From NCBI GenBank assembly GCA_965261605.1, contig OZ253466.1, positions 2,208,819 through 2,272,818 of the forward strand: a DNA stretch of 64,000 nt, read 5' to 3'. Shown here one piece after another: positions 28,359-38,688 of this stretch (position 1 is the first letter of the stretch; each line of letters starts with the position of its first letter). The notes under the pieces were generated by a model. It had not been told where the DNA came from. It saw nothing but the letters and a program-made list of their open reading frames with translations, and searched no databases. The translations under genes and the position numbers were made by a program. This stretch comes from Dehalococcoidia bacterium (GTDB lineage: Bacteria > Chloroflexota > Dehalococcoidia > Lucifugimonadales > UBA2985).

Positions 28359-28367
28359 TGGTATAAT
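28359..28367 (+). promoter_or_regulatory. extended -10 promoter element (TGgTATAAT) ahead of the 283-aa/PIN pair
   Basis: A TGG-TATAAT sequence lies immediately after stub B. A strong SD (GGAAGGAGGAGG) follows before the 28415 start. Confidence 0.4.
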
Positions 28368-28414
28368 TCTCTTCAGAGCAACGATCGCGCTCAGGCGTTG
28401 GGAAGGAGGAGGCG

Positions 28415-29266
28415 GTGATGACACAGCTATACCTGACCTTTGAAGGGCCGCGTATCAGTAAGCATGGGGTGCCGGTAGACGCCCTTGTCTCCGCGCTCCA
28501 AGGCATCCAGGACGCCCTACAGCTGATGGTCGAGCACCTGGCGAATTACCAACGCAAGCGCGGTAAACCTCCCAAGTGGATTAAGGACCAGAGCGTCTTG
28601 CAGCTTTCAGCCACTCGCCCGGGCTCTTTTGTGGCCGAGCTGACTCTGGACCCCGACGCTATAGACTCAGGCATATCGGAACGCTACGGAGAGCGGGCTC
28701 TCCACGCGTTCCAGCATTGGAGCGGGGGATACGGTTCTACCCTTCCCAAATCTGTAGTGGACAGGCTCTGGAGGATACCACCCAAAATCCCCGTAGACGT
28801 GCAACTTTGGCTGGGCGATGCTGAGGTTCTAAGAAGAGTGGTGATCGTACCCAGGAACGGATTCAGTGAGCGTGTTCCGTATCAAGCTCAAAAGACTGAA
28901 GAGGCCTTGGTATACGGCTGGCTTAAGATGGTCAACTGGGACAAGCGAACGGCCCAACTCCACCGCTACGGAGACCGTTATGTGCCGTTGCGGTTCGACC
29001 CCGATTTGGACGATGAGATGCGCCGTCTCGCAACTCAGTTCGTTGAGGTTAAAGGCGAGGGACGCTTTAACAACAACGAACAGTGGCAGTCGGTAAAGGT
29101 GGAAGAAATCACTGCTACGCGCTCCAGTAGTGAGCCCTTTGACATGGAGGCGTTTTTGAAGAATCCCAACCCTAAGATCTTCGATCCTGAGACCGTAGTC
29201 ACCGCGAGCGAACCCTTTGACGTGGACGAGTTCATACGCGTAGTCCGTGAAGGCCGAGACGCCTAA
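28415..29266 (+). CDS. 283-aa protein of unknown function, upstream partner of the PIN protein
   Basis: Good SD. The stop overlaps the PIN start (TAATG). The C-terminal tail carries a duplicated SEPFD(M/V)(E/D)(A/E)F motif. I recognise no domain. Confidence 0.5.
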   Translation: MMTQLYLTFEGPRISKHGVPVDALVSALQGIQDALQLMVEHLANYQRKRGKPPKWIKDQSVLQLSATRPGSFVAELTLDPDAIDSGISERYGERALHAFQHWSGGYGSTLPKSVVDRLWRIPPKIPVDVQLWLGDAEVLRRVVIVPRNGFSERVPYQAQKTEEALVYGWLKMVNWDKRTAQLHRYGDRYVPLRFDPDLDDEMRRLATQFVEVKGEGRFNNNEQWQSVKVEEITATRSSSEPFDMEAFLKNPNPKIFDPETVVTASEPFDVDEFIRVVREGRDA

Positions 29267-29685
29267 TGGTTACAGGTCTCCGGCTGGTAGTTGTGGACAC
29301 AAGTGTCGTATCCATCATTTTCAATCGAGCTCGAGATTGGCGGGCTCCGTTTTATGAGGGACACTTGGAAGGGCGGCAGGCTATTGTATCGTTCCAGACG
29401 CTGGAAGAGATACATTTCTGGCCTCTTGCCAATGACTGGGGTGAAAGACGACGAAACGAATTGATGCAGCACATGGCTCAATACGAGGTCATTTGGCCCG
29501 ACATAGCCTTAGTTAATATCTCTGCACAACTGCGTATAGAGCGAGTGCGGGCTGGACATAGTTTAAACACCGCCGACGCTTGGATTGCTGCAACCGCTCT
29601 TTATTTGGATTGCCCACTAGTAGCTGATGACGGAGATTTTGAAGGTGCCCCGGGGCTGGAACTCATACGAGCGCCACGACATTGA
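29266..29685 (+). CDS. PIN-domain ribonuclease (VapC-like toxin)
   Basis: Acidic PIN residues appear in VVVDTSV, TLEE, TADAWIAATA and VADDGDF. The stop overlaps the hsdR start (TTGA). Confidence 0.75.
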   Translation: MVTGLRLVVVDTSVVSIIFNRARDWRAPFYEGHLEGRQAIVSFQTLEEIHFWPLANDWGERRRNELMQHMAQYEVIWPDIALVNISAQLRIERVRAGHSLNTADAWIAATALYLDCPLVADDGDFEGAPGLELIRAPRH

Positions 29686-32600
29686 CTTCCACGGCCAAGC
29701 TCAACGAGTACAACCACGCGGAGGAGCCGGCGCGCCGGCTGCTGGAGCAGCTTGGCTGGACGTACGTTACGAGAGAGGCACTAGCATCTGAGCGGGGAGA
29801 CGAGCGGGAGGCGCTTCTAAAGGGCAGACTGAGGCGGGCGCTGCTGCGGCTCAACGAGTGGATGACGGAGGAGCAGGCGGAGCGGGCCATATTCAACCTG
29901 GAGCGTATCGAGGCGACTGGCATGGCCCGCAACCAGGCCGCCCACGAGTACCTCACCTACGGAATGCCCCTGACGGTGGACTCAACCCGGGGCCGGGAGA
30001 CGCGCACCGTCCGCTTCTTTGACTTCGACCATCCAGAAGGCGGCCTCAACGAGTTCGTGGTCACCACGCAATTCCGCGTCAGGCGCAGCAATGAGCGCGG
30101 CGGCCCGGAGGACGACGAGCGGATGGTCATCCCGGACCTTGTGCTATTCGTAAACGGCATCCCCCTGGTGGTGATGGAAGCCAAATCGCCGTCCCTAATG
30201 GACGTGTGGAAATCCCAGGCGGTACGGCAGCTGCGCCGCTACCAGGAGGCCGGGCCGGAGTGGCGCAGCTGCGGCGCTCCGGAGCTGTTCCACTACAATC
30301 TGATGTGCGTCGCGCACTGCGGGGCCGCTGCTGTGTACGCAGCACAGGGCGCGTCGGAGGATGCCTACTTCGAGTGGAAGTCCGTCCTGCCTTACTCGGA
30401 TGATGAGGTGAGGCAGCGCTTCGGCGTAGAGCCGCTGGGCCAGGCGCAGCTCATCGTAGGGCTGCTGTCCCCGTCGTCGCTGCTGGACGTGCTGCGGGAC
30501 TACGTCATATACGAGCCGGAGCGAGGACGCCTGACGAAGAAGCTGCCACGCTACCAGCAGTATCGCGCTGTGCGGTCGGCCGTGAAGCGCATCCTGTCGG
30601 GCGGCAAACCGGAAGAGCGCGGCGGTGTCGTGTGGCACACCCAGGGGTCCGGCAAGTCGCTGACCATGCTTTGGCTGGCGACCAAGGTGCGACGAGAGCC
30701 GCGGCTCGCCAACGCCACTATTGTCGTCGTCACAGACCGGACGCAGCTCGACAGGCAGATAGCCGCCACTTTCGAGCGTTGCGGCTTCCCCGCGCCTGAG
30801 CAAGCAAGTAGCACCCGAGACCTGCGGCGCCTGCTGACGACAGGCGTTGGCCGCACTGTGATGACCACCATACAGAAGTTCGAGGAGGCGTTGACAGCCA
30901 CAGGAGAAGACCTAGACGTGCTGAACCCATCCAATAACGTCATTGTGATGGTGGACGAGGCGCACCGCACCCAGTACGGGACCCTGGGAGCCCGAATGTC
31001 TCAGGGCCTGCCCAACGCTACCCTCATCGGCTTTACGGGCACTCCAATAGACAAGGACTTTCGCAGAAGCACCATGCGCCGTTTCGGACCTCTCATCGAC
31101 TCCTACACCATCCCCCAGTCCGTGGCCGATGGAGCGACCGTGCCAATACTCTACGAGGCGCGTCTGCCGGAACTGGCTATAGAAGGGCCAGAGACGCTGG
31201 ACAGGCTATACGAGGCCATGTTCGGAGACCAGCCGCCAGAGGTGCAGGAGCAGATACGACGCCGCTATGCCAACAAGGAGACGGTGGCCGAGGCGGAGCG
31301 TCGCATAGAGATGATTGCCCTGGACATCTCGGAGCACTTCAAGTCGAAGATACGTCCCAATGGGTTCAAGGCGCAGGTGGTCGCGCCCAGTCGCCGCGCC
31401 GCCCTGCGCTACGCCGAGTACCTGAACAACTTCGGCCTGCGGGCTTACCCGATAATCACTACGACTTCCGGCGACGGGCCGGAGTTCAGGATACCCCGGG
31501 AACTTGAACAAGAGCAGATTACAAGTGCCTTTGTAGACCCCAATGGGGAGCCGGAGGCGCTGGTAGTCGTGGACATGCTGCTAACGGGCTTCGACGCTCC
31601 CGTGGAGCAAGCGCTGTACCTGGACCGGGCCCTGAAAGAGCACGGCCTGCTCCAAGCCATTGCCCGGGTGAACCGCAGATTCTCCCACGAGTGGGACGGG
31701 GTCGTCACAGACAAGTCAGAGGGCATCGTGGTCGACTACCACGGCGTGTCTCGTGATCTGGAGAAAGCGCTATCCAGCTTTGATTGGCCTGATGTTCAGG
31801 ATTCTATGCGACGGATGGAGGAAGACCCGGTGCAGGTGGTAGAGTCGGCGGCGGTCCGGGCAGAGGCCCACTTCAAGGGACACAACCTGAGTGACACGTG
31901 GGACTGCGTAGGGGTCTTCGCGCCGGATGCCGATACGGAGGGCAACTTCAAGGCCGACCTGTTCGAGCGATTCAACGCGGACTACCGCCAACTCACACGG
32001 CTGATGGACCGCTTCCTTCCGGATCCGCGAGCTCTGCCTTACGCAGACCGGCTGGCGAGGCTCACTGAGATACGGGCCTACGTCCGCTCGCACTTCCTAC
32101 GAGAAGACGCCGCTACCAACTGGACAGAAATTGGAGCGAAGGTCAAGAAACTGGTGGACGAGCGCATCAGCGCTCGCGTGCGGGATCTGATGAGTCCAGT
32201 GTCAATACTCGACCAGGACTTTGACCAGAAGATAGCGGGTTTGCCCCACGACGAGGCGCGGGCTTCCGTTATGGAGCACTCCATACGAGCGCAGATACAT
32301 GAGAGGCTGGCAGACAACCCCGTGTATTTCGAGAGGCTTTCGGCGCAGCTTGAGCGCATCATCCAGGACCTTCGCAATCGTCTGATAGACTCCGCGGAGG
32401 CGTGCCTGCGAATGGAACCGATTCTGCGGCAAGCGCGAAGCGAGGCGGATGTCGCCGCCGAGCACGGCCTGTCGCCAGTGGCTTTCGCCATCCTAGAGCT
32501 GCTCAGCGGTGGGTCAGGGGAGGTCGGCTCCGCGGCTCGAGTGCGTGAGAGTCAATCCCCCTACCACGCAAATCTGGACGATGAGGCGAAGAACGTCGCC

Positions 32601-32789
32601 ATCAGGGTGGAATCAGTGGTAGCCCGTCACAGTAGCGTCGTGGATTGGCAATCGAACGAGGATATCAAGCGGCAGATGCGCCGGGACATAAAGCGCGAGC
32701 TGAGACCTACGGGTGAATATACCGAACAGCAACTGGATGAACTGGCGAGCCGGATCGTGGAGCTTGCCGGTCGCAGGAGCGGGCAGTGA
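29682..32789 (+). CDS. hsdR: Type I R-M system restriction (helicase-nuclease) subunit
   Basis: 1035 aa with the HsdR N-terminus (EEPARRLLEQLGW), nuclease region (DLVLFVNGIPLVVMEAK), Walker A (QGSGKSLT), DEAH (MVDEAHRTQ) and helicase motif VI (QAIARVNR). It has a TTG start. Confidence 0.92.
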   Translation: MTSTAKLNEYNHAEEPARRLLEQLGWTYVTREALASERGDEREALLKGRLRRALLRLNEWMTEEQAERAIFNLERIEATGMARNQAAHEYLTYGMPLTVDSTRGRETRTVRFFDFDHPEGGLNEFVVTTQFRVRRSNERGGPEDDERMVIPDLVLFVNGIPLVVMEAKSPSLMDVWKSQAVRQLRRYQEAGPEWRSCGAPELFHYNLMCVAHCGAAAVYAAQGASEDAYFEWKSVLPYSDDEVRQRFGVEPLGQAQLIVGLLSPSSLLDVLRDYVIYEPERGRLTKKLPRYQQYRAVRSAVKRILSGGKPEERGGVVWHTQGSGKSLTMLWLATKVRREPRLANATIVVVTDRTQLDRQIAATFERCGFPAPEQASSTRDLRRLLTTGVGRTVMTTIQKFEEALTATGEDLDVLNPSNNVIVMVDEAHRTQYGTLGARMSQGLPNATLIGFTGTPIDKDFRRSTMRRFGPLIDSYTIPQSVADGATVPILYEARLPELAIEGPETLDRLYEAMFGDQPPEVQEQIRRRYANKETVAEAERRIEMIALDISEHFKSKIRPNGFKAQVVAPSRRAALRYAEYLNNFGLRAYPIITTTSGDGPEFRIPRELEQEQITSAFVDPNGEPEALVVVDMLLTGFDAPVEQALYLDRALKEHGLLQAIARVNRRFSHEWDGVVTDKSEGIVVDYHGVSRDLEKALSSFDWPDVQDSMRRMEEDPVQVVESAAVRAEAHFKGHNLSDTWDCVGVFAPDADTEGNFKADLFERFNADYRQLTRLMDRFLPDPRALPYADRLARLTEIRAYVRSHFLREDAATNWTEIGAKVKKLVDERISARVRDLMSPVSILDQDFDQKIAGLPHDEARASVMEHSIRAQIHERLADNPVYFERLSAQLERIIQDLRNRLIDSAEACLRMEPILRQARSEADVAAEHGLSPVAFAILELLSGGSGEVGSAARVRESQSPYHANLDDEAKNVAIRVESVVARHSSVVDWQSNEDIKRQMRRDIKRELRPTGEYTEQQLDELASRIVELAGRRSGQ

Positions 32790-33514
32790 GTGAGAGCAGC
32801 GTCATCCGATTCGGCGACACGACCATTCTATACCAGGTCCGGCGCAGCGGGAGGCGCAAGAAGACCGTGCAAATCACAGTCGACGGTGGTGGTGTGCAGG
32901 TTGCCGCGCCAATGGCAACACCGGAGAGCGACTTACGGGCAATCGTAAGGAAGCGGGCGCCTTGGATTCTGAGCCATGCCTCAGAGGGTATGCTTGAAGC
33001 CGCGCACAAGCGTTTCGTCAGCGGCGAGACGCTTCCGTATCTGGGCCGCAACGTCCGCATTGTAGTCGAGTCCGGGAATGTGCGTTCTCCTGAGGTGCGC
33101 TTCGATCATTGGCGGTTTCGGATAGTTGTACCGGAGGGTATTGGCGATGTTGAACGCTTTGGCTCGGTACGTCGGGCCGTTATTGCGTGGTACCGTTTAC
33201 GTGCAAAGGAACGGCTGACGGCCAGCGTTGGGCGGTGGTGGCCACGACTGGGCAGTGGAGAAAACTCGCCTGTGCTCATCCGAGACCAGCGCCAACGTTG
33301 GGGAAGTTGCGCGCCTGATGGCACGCTGCGGTTCAACTGGCGCGCAGTGATGTTGAAGCCGGCACTTATCGAATACGTTGTCGTACACGAGTTGGCCCAC
33401 CTCACACACCGGAACCACTCCAGGGACTTTTGGGGATTAATGTCCAATGTACTGCCGGATGTGCAGAAAAGACGGAAGGCCCTGCGGGAGGCGGGGCGAG
33501 TATTGCCTTTGTGA
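32786..33514 (+). CDS. DUF45/YgjP-type (M48-like) zinc metallopeptidase commonly linked to hsdR
   Basis: It contains HExxH...H (VVHELAHLTHRNHSRDFW). Its GTG start overlaps the hsdR stop (GTGA). Confidence 0.8.
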   Translation: MSESSVIRFGDTTILYQVRRSGRRKKTVQITVDGGGVQVAAPMATPESDLRAIVRKRAPWILSHASEGMLEAAHKRFVSGETLPYLGRNVRIVVESGNVRSPEVRFDHWRFRIVVPEGIGDVERFGSVRRAVIAWYRLRAKERLTASVGRWWPRLGSGENSPVLIRDQRQRWGSCAPDGTLRFNWRAVMLKPALIEYVVVHELAHLTHRNHSRDFWGLMSNVLPDVQKRRKALREAGRVLPL

Positions 33515-33682
33515 CTCCCGTTTGATGCGCATTTTTGGCAATCAGCAAAAGTGAGACATTTTCACTTGATTGCCGCCCTACCGTCCTAAGTTGCCACCAC
33601 TACCCGTGGCAGAGCGGTCAAGGGCAACACATATGCACTCCAGACCCAAGCCACTTGGGACACCGGAAGGAGGGACCCGCGG

Positions 33683-34411
33683 GTGAAGCTGCTGCCGGGA
33701 GGATTTGCCCAATTGCTTCTCATCGTCCAGTGGTTCGTCGACTTGCACCTTGAACACATTGAAGAGGCTGCTCTCGGTACCCTAGCCCCCGAGACCGACG
33801 CACCCAGCGAGGAAGAAGCACTTGAGTGTCTGCTCTGGATCTTCGAGGAGAGGCAAGAGGAGTCCGATAGGGAGACCCTGGAGGCCTACATGGGAGCACG
33901 GGCCGGGGAGTGGTGGACGGATTACCCAGAATGTCAGCTTCTCACCACTCTAGTGCAGCGGGCCGACCGGCGGAAGAAGTGGCTTGGCACAAAGGATGAC
34001 AAACGACGCCCGTGGCATGAAGAGGGTCTCCGGATTGCCAGGCCGCTGCTGGCCGGCATCCCCGACAAGATCAACCTGGACCCCGATGGGGAGTACGAGG
34101 CCATGGCGAATGTCCTCGCAGCCCTCCTGTCGCCCCCCATGGGCGAATCCTCCCCCGAAACGCTGCAGAGGTACATTGAGCTCGCCAAGTTCCACCCGGT
34201 CTACAGCGACGCCCTCAAGCGCTACATTGAGGAGCTTGATGACCCCGTCAAGACCATCCCACGTCCGGAGATCAGGTGGCATCCGAGGGCTGCTGGCAGG
34301 CGTAGGGTGCGGCATTACTCCAAGACAAAAGTCCAGCCCCACCCCCCCCGTCAAACCGGCCCTCCTTCTGCGCAATCTCCACATCCAGTTTGTCATCGGG
34401 CTCCTGGATAG
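33683..34411 (+). CDS. hypothetical island protein; possibly one 33683-34589 gene split at a C8 tract
   Basis: The first roughly 200 codons look coding. Removing one C from the run 34342-34349 would fuse this frame to the coding-looking tail of ORF 33984-34589. Confidence 0.35.
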   Translation: MKLLPGGFAQLLLIVQWFVDLHLEHIEEAALGTLAPETDAPSEEEALECLLWIFEERQEESDRETLEAYMGARAGEWWTDYPECQLLTTLVQRADRRKKWLGTKDDKRRPWHEEGLRIARPLLAGIPDKINLDPDGEYEAMANVLAALLSPPMGESSPETLQRYIELAKFHPVYSDALKRYIEELDDPVKTIPRPEIRWHPRAAGRRRVRHYSKTKVQPHPPRQTGPPSAQSPHPVCHRAPG

Positions 34412-35037
34412 AGTTCAAGTACCGCCACGGGGCAAATACGTATCGGGTTGCCGCATCGTGGCATGTGTGCTGGGCCTTTCCGAATATACCGTGAAGGGCA
34501 TCTGGGAAATGCGCTTCACGCACGAGATTCGGAAGCATTCTGAGGCCATCGCCGAACGCATCGGGCTACTCGATACTACTGAGGCCTGAGCCTCCCTCAG
34601 GCTGCGGTCTCCCTCCCATTCCCTCTCCCTCTCTCCCTGCGAGAGCCTGCTCCACGCTACTCACGGTCGCCAAGGTGCCTCCCTATGTCCAAAGGGTGTC
34701 GGACACGACGAGACCTATGGTGAGGGCGGTTGCCCAGTGTATAGGGGCTTCCATCGATACAACGTATCGATAAGTCGCTACTAAATGCTCCACTTTCCGT
34801 CGCCGCGCCCGTCTACACTTAAAGTAAGTGAACCTGTTCTAGGAATGACCGGAACATCCCGCCGCGCGCAGGCGCAACGGCGGCAAGGCGGGGCATGAGA
34901 CGGCATGGACGCCGCTGGCGCCCGCTCATTCCGTCGGCGCCGTCGGTGAACTCAAAGACCAGGTGGAAGAGAATTGCGGCCGGACCGGCCGCAGCGACCA
35001 GGCAACATGAGTAAACTCAGGAGAAGGGAGCGCCAGG

Positions 35038-35262
35038 ATGAACCAAAGGCTGCTGCGTTGTCAACAAGTAGAGGAACTGACCGGACTGAGCCGCGCCTCG
35101 ATTTACAGGCTTATCTCAGAGGGAGGATTCCCGCGGCCCGTCAGGGTCAGCGCCACGGGCGTCAGGTGGAAGGCCAGCGACATCGCCGCCTGGATAGAGT
35201 CCCGGCCGCTGTCGACCAGCGAACTTGGCTCGGCCGCCGCCCCCTGGGTTCCGCCTGATTGA
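35038..35262 (+). CDS. alpA: AlpA-family excisionase / phage transcriptional regulator
   Basis: The sequence reads LLRCQQVEELTGLSRASIYRLISEGGFPRPVRVSATGVRWKASDIAAWIESR. Confidence 0.8.
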   Translation: MNQRLLRCQQVEELTGLSRASIYRLISEGGFPRPVRVSATGVRWKASDIAAWIESRPLSTSELGSAAAPWVPPD

Positions 35263-35272
35263 TGCTTCGCGG

Positions 35273-36481
35273 CTAAGTTGTGAGGTAGTCCGCCCACTGC
35301 TGCATGAGGGTCCGCCGTCGTACGAACAGGTCGGACCTGGCGTAAGCCTGCTCGACACTGCCCCCGAGCTGGTGTGCCAGGGCCGCCTCCGCGACAGCCC
35401 AGGGCGCGTCCGTCTGCTCCATTGACCATGTCCTGAAGGACGTCCTGAAGCCGTGCACAGTCGCCCGCTCCGCAAGGCCTGTTGCACGGAGAATCTTCGT
35501 CAGCGTCATGTCGCTCAGCATCCGGCCGCGGAGCAGGGGAGAGGGGAAGCACAGACCTGACCCACCCTGGAGTTCGCGGGCGAGTGTCAATACCCCCACT
35601 GCCTGATTGCTGAGCGGTACCCGGTGCTCTTCGCCTGCCTTCATACGGGAGCCCGGTATCGTCCACGTAGCGCCTTCCATATCGATCTCATTCCAAGTTG
35701 CGCCCCTTGCCTCACCGGAGCGCGCCGCCGTGAAGACCAGGAACGCTAGGCAGAGCTTCGAAGCGGGTGAGGTCTGGGACGCATCGACGGTCCTGAGGGC
35801 CGCGCCCACTTCCTCGTAGGGTAGCGCCCTGAGATGCGCCTTGACCTTGGGCATCGACGGCAGGGCCCCGTCTATGGCTTCCCCTGCCGGGTTGCCCTCG
35901 ACGAGCTCGTTGGCCATGGCCCACCTGAATATCGTTCGCATCCTCTGCCTGACTCGCCGGGCGGTCTCGGGGCGCGTCGACCATATGGGTGTAAGGACTG
36001 CCAGCAGGTCGCTGCGGCTTATGGTGTCGACAGGCTTGTTGCCGATCTTTGGGAAGGCGTGTCGTTCGAGGGTCTGGATCCACCCTGACGTGTGGCTCCC
36101 GTTGCGCCAGCGAGGCTTGTTGGCTTCGTGCACAGCATAGGCAGTCTCTCGGAAGGTGGGCATCGCCGGCCTGTGCTTCTCCGCAACTGGGTCCCTCCCA
36201 TTGCCAACCGCCTCGCGGTTGTAGGATGCACGCTTCCTAGCCTGGGCTAGCGACACAGACGGATACCCTCCCAGGCCTATATCGCGCCGCTTGCCGTCGA
36301 TGGTTATCCGCTGCACCCAGCTCTTGCCGCCCGACTTGCTTATGAAGAGATGCAGGCCGTCGCCGTCCGTGTGGCGGCCCGGCTCACTGAGCGCCTTCAC
36401 TTCTGTTGCCGAAAACTTCACGCCAGGTGGCCTCCTCAACTTGTTACCACGCAAATTACCACAATAGAGGCGAGATAGCAA
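35273..36481 (-). CDS. int: P4-type tyrosine integrase (DUF4102 arm-binding N-terminus)
   Basis: The N-terminus reads DGDGLHLFISKSGGKSWVQRITIDGKRRDIGLGGYPSVSLAQARKRA. Catalytic residues appear in TAARSGE, TVHGFRTSFRTW, ALAH and YARSD. The true start may be the GTG at 36421. Confidence 0.9.
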   Translation of the reverse strand: MLSRLYCGNLRGNKLRRPPGVKFSATEVKALSEPGRHTDGDGLHLFISKSGGKSWVQRITIDGKRRDIGLGGYPSVSLAQARKRASYNREAVGNGRDPVAEKHRPAMPTFRETAYAVHEANKPRWRNGSHTSGWIQTLERHAFPKIGNKPVDTISRSDLLAVLTPIWSTRPETARRVRQRMRTIFRWAMANELVEGNPAGEAIDGALPSMPKVKAHLRALPYEEVGAALRTVDASQTSPASKLCLAFLVFTAARSGEARGATWNEIDMEGATWTIPGSRMKAGEEHRVPLSNQAVGVLTLARELQGGSGLCFPSPLLRGRMLSDMTLTKILRATGLAERATVHGFRTSFRTWSMEQTDAPWAVAEAALAHQLGGSVEQAYARSDLFVRRRTLMQQWADYLTT

Positions 36482-36616
36482 GGGATTGCGGGGGAGTGCC
36501 GGGGAGGCCTCGACCTGACTAATCAGGCCTTAATGATACCTGCTACAGCTACGGTAAGGGGCCTAAATGAGACACACTGGGACGGCTATGGAACGCATAG
36601 GAAGAGGGGAGAGAAG

Positions 36617-36689
36617 TGGAGCTGAGGGGAGTCGAACCCCTGACCTCCTCCGTGCAAAGGAGGCGCTCTCCCAACTGAGCTACAGCCCC
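36617..36689 (-). tRNA. tRNA-Ala (anticodon UGC), CCA not encoded
   Basis: Reverse complement is GGGGCTGTAGCTCAGTTGGGAGAGCGCCTCCTTTGCACGGAGGAGGTCAGGGGTTCGACTCCCCTCAGCTCCA. It folds as a cloverleaf with the G3:U70 Ala identity pair. Confidence 0.92.
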
Positions 36690-36826
36690 ACGGCGGATAC
36701 AAGTATATAGCGGTGCGGGGGATTTGGGGAGACCCTGGGTGGATGGGCAGGGGATAGGTTCGTAAATTAAAGAGAGAGGGCGATTCACATCGCCCCCTGC
36801 TTGGTGTTTATGGATAGCGCTTAGCG

Positions 36827-36846
36827 GTTGGATAGTGGAAGGAAGG
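36827..36846 (-). other. 3' strand of the pre-16S processing (RNase III-type) helix
   Basis: gttggatagtggaaggaagg is the reverse complement (19/20) of 38569-38588. Confidence 0.6.
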
Positions 36847-37040
36847 AAAGTTTCCGAATGTGTGTATATACGATGGGTTCTCTCAGGGGTTTAGTTCTGA
36901 AAGGTCCCTGGTGGTGAGGGAGATCCCACCGGTCTTGGTTAAGGAGACCGGGTCATGCTGCGACCTCACTATTTGGGGCCGATCACCCATCGACCGAACT
37001 GGGGTACCTGGGTGTGGAGCAAGTCCACACTTGCAGGACT

Positions 37041-38566
<1,526 letters not shown>

Positions 38567-38568
38567 AA

Positions 38569-38588
38569 CCTTCCTTCCACTATTCAAC
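38569..38588 (-). other. 5' strand of the pre-16S processing helix
   Basis: ccttccttccactattcaac pairs with 36827-36846 in the minus-strand transcript. Confidence 0.6.
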
Positions 38589-38688
38589 TGTTAAGGTGCT
38601 ATGCCACGCTCATTATACCCCCTATCATCTCTATGTCAATCCAGCGAGGGTGTCACTATTACATTTTCAAAAGTTAATGCCCTCGCGC

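Larger units (their letters stand above)
15250..36616. mobile_element. putative integrative genomic (defence) island next to tRNA-Ala; the left boundary is not determined
   Basis: A P4-type integrase and AlpA sit at the tRNA-proximal end. The interval contains only accessory genes (IS elements, kinase operon, Type I R-M, toxin-antitoxin modules). I could not find an att direct repeat by eye. Confidence 0.35.

Noticed and set aside
33537-33574. An imperfect hairpin (GGCAATCA...GTGA...TCAC...TGATTGCC) after the DUF45 gene, considered as an att site or terminator.
   Set aside because: The stems are short and interrupted, and there is no U-tract. I found no second copy elsewhere in the window.
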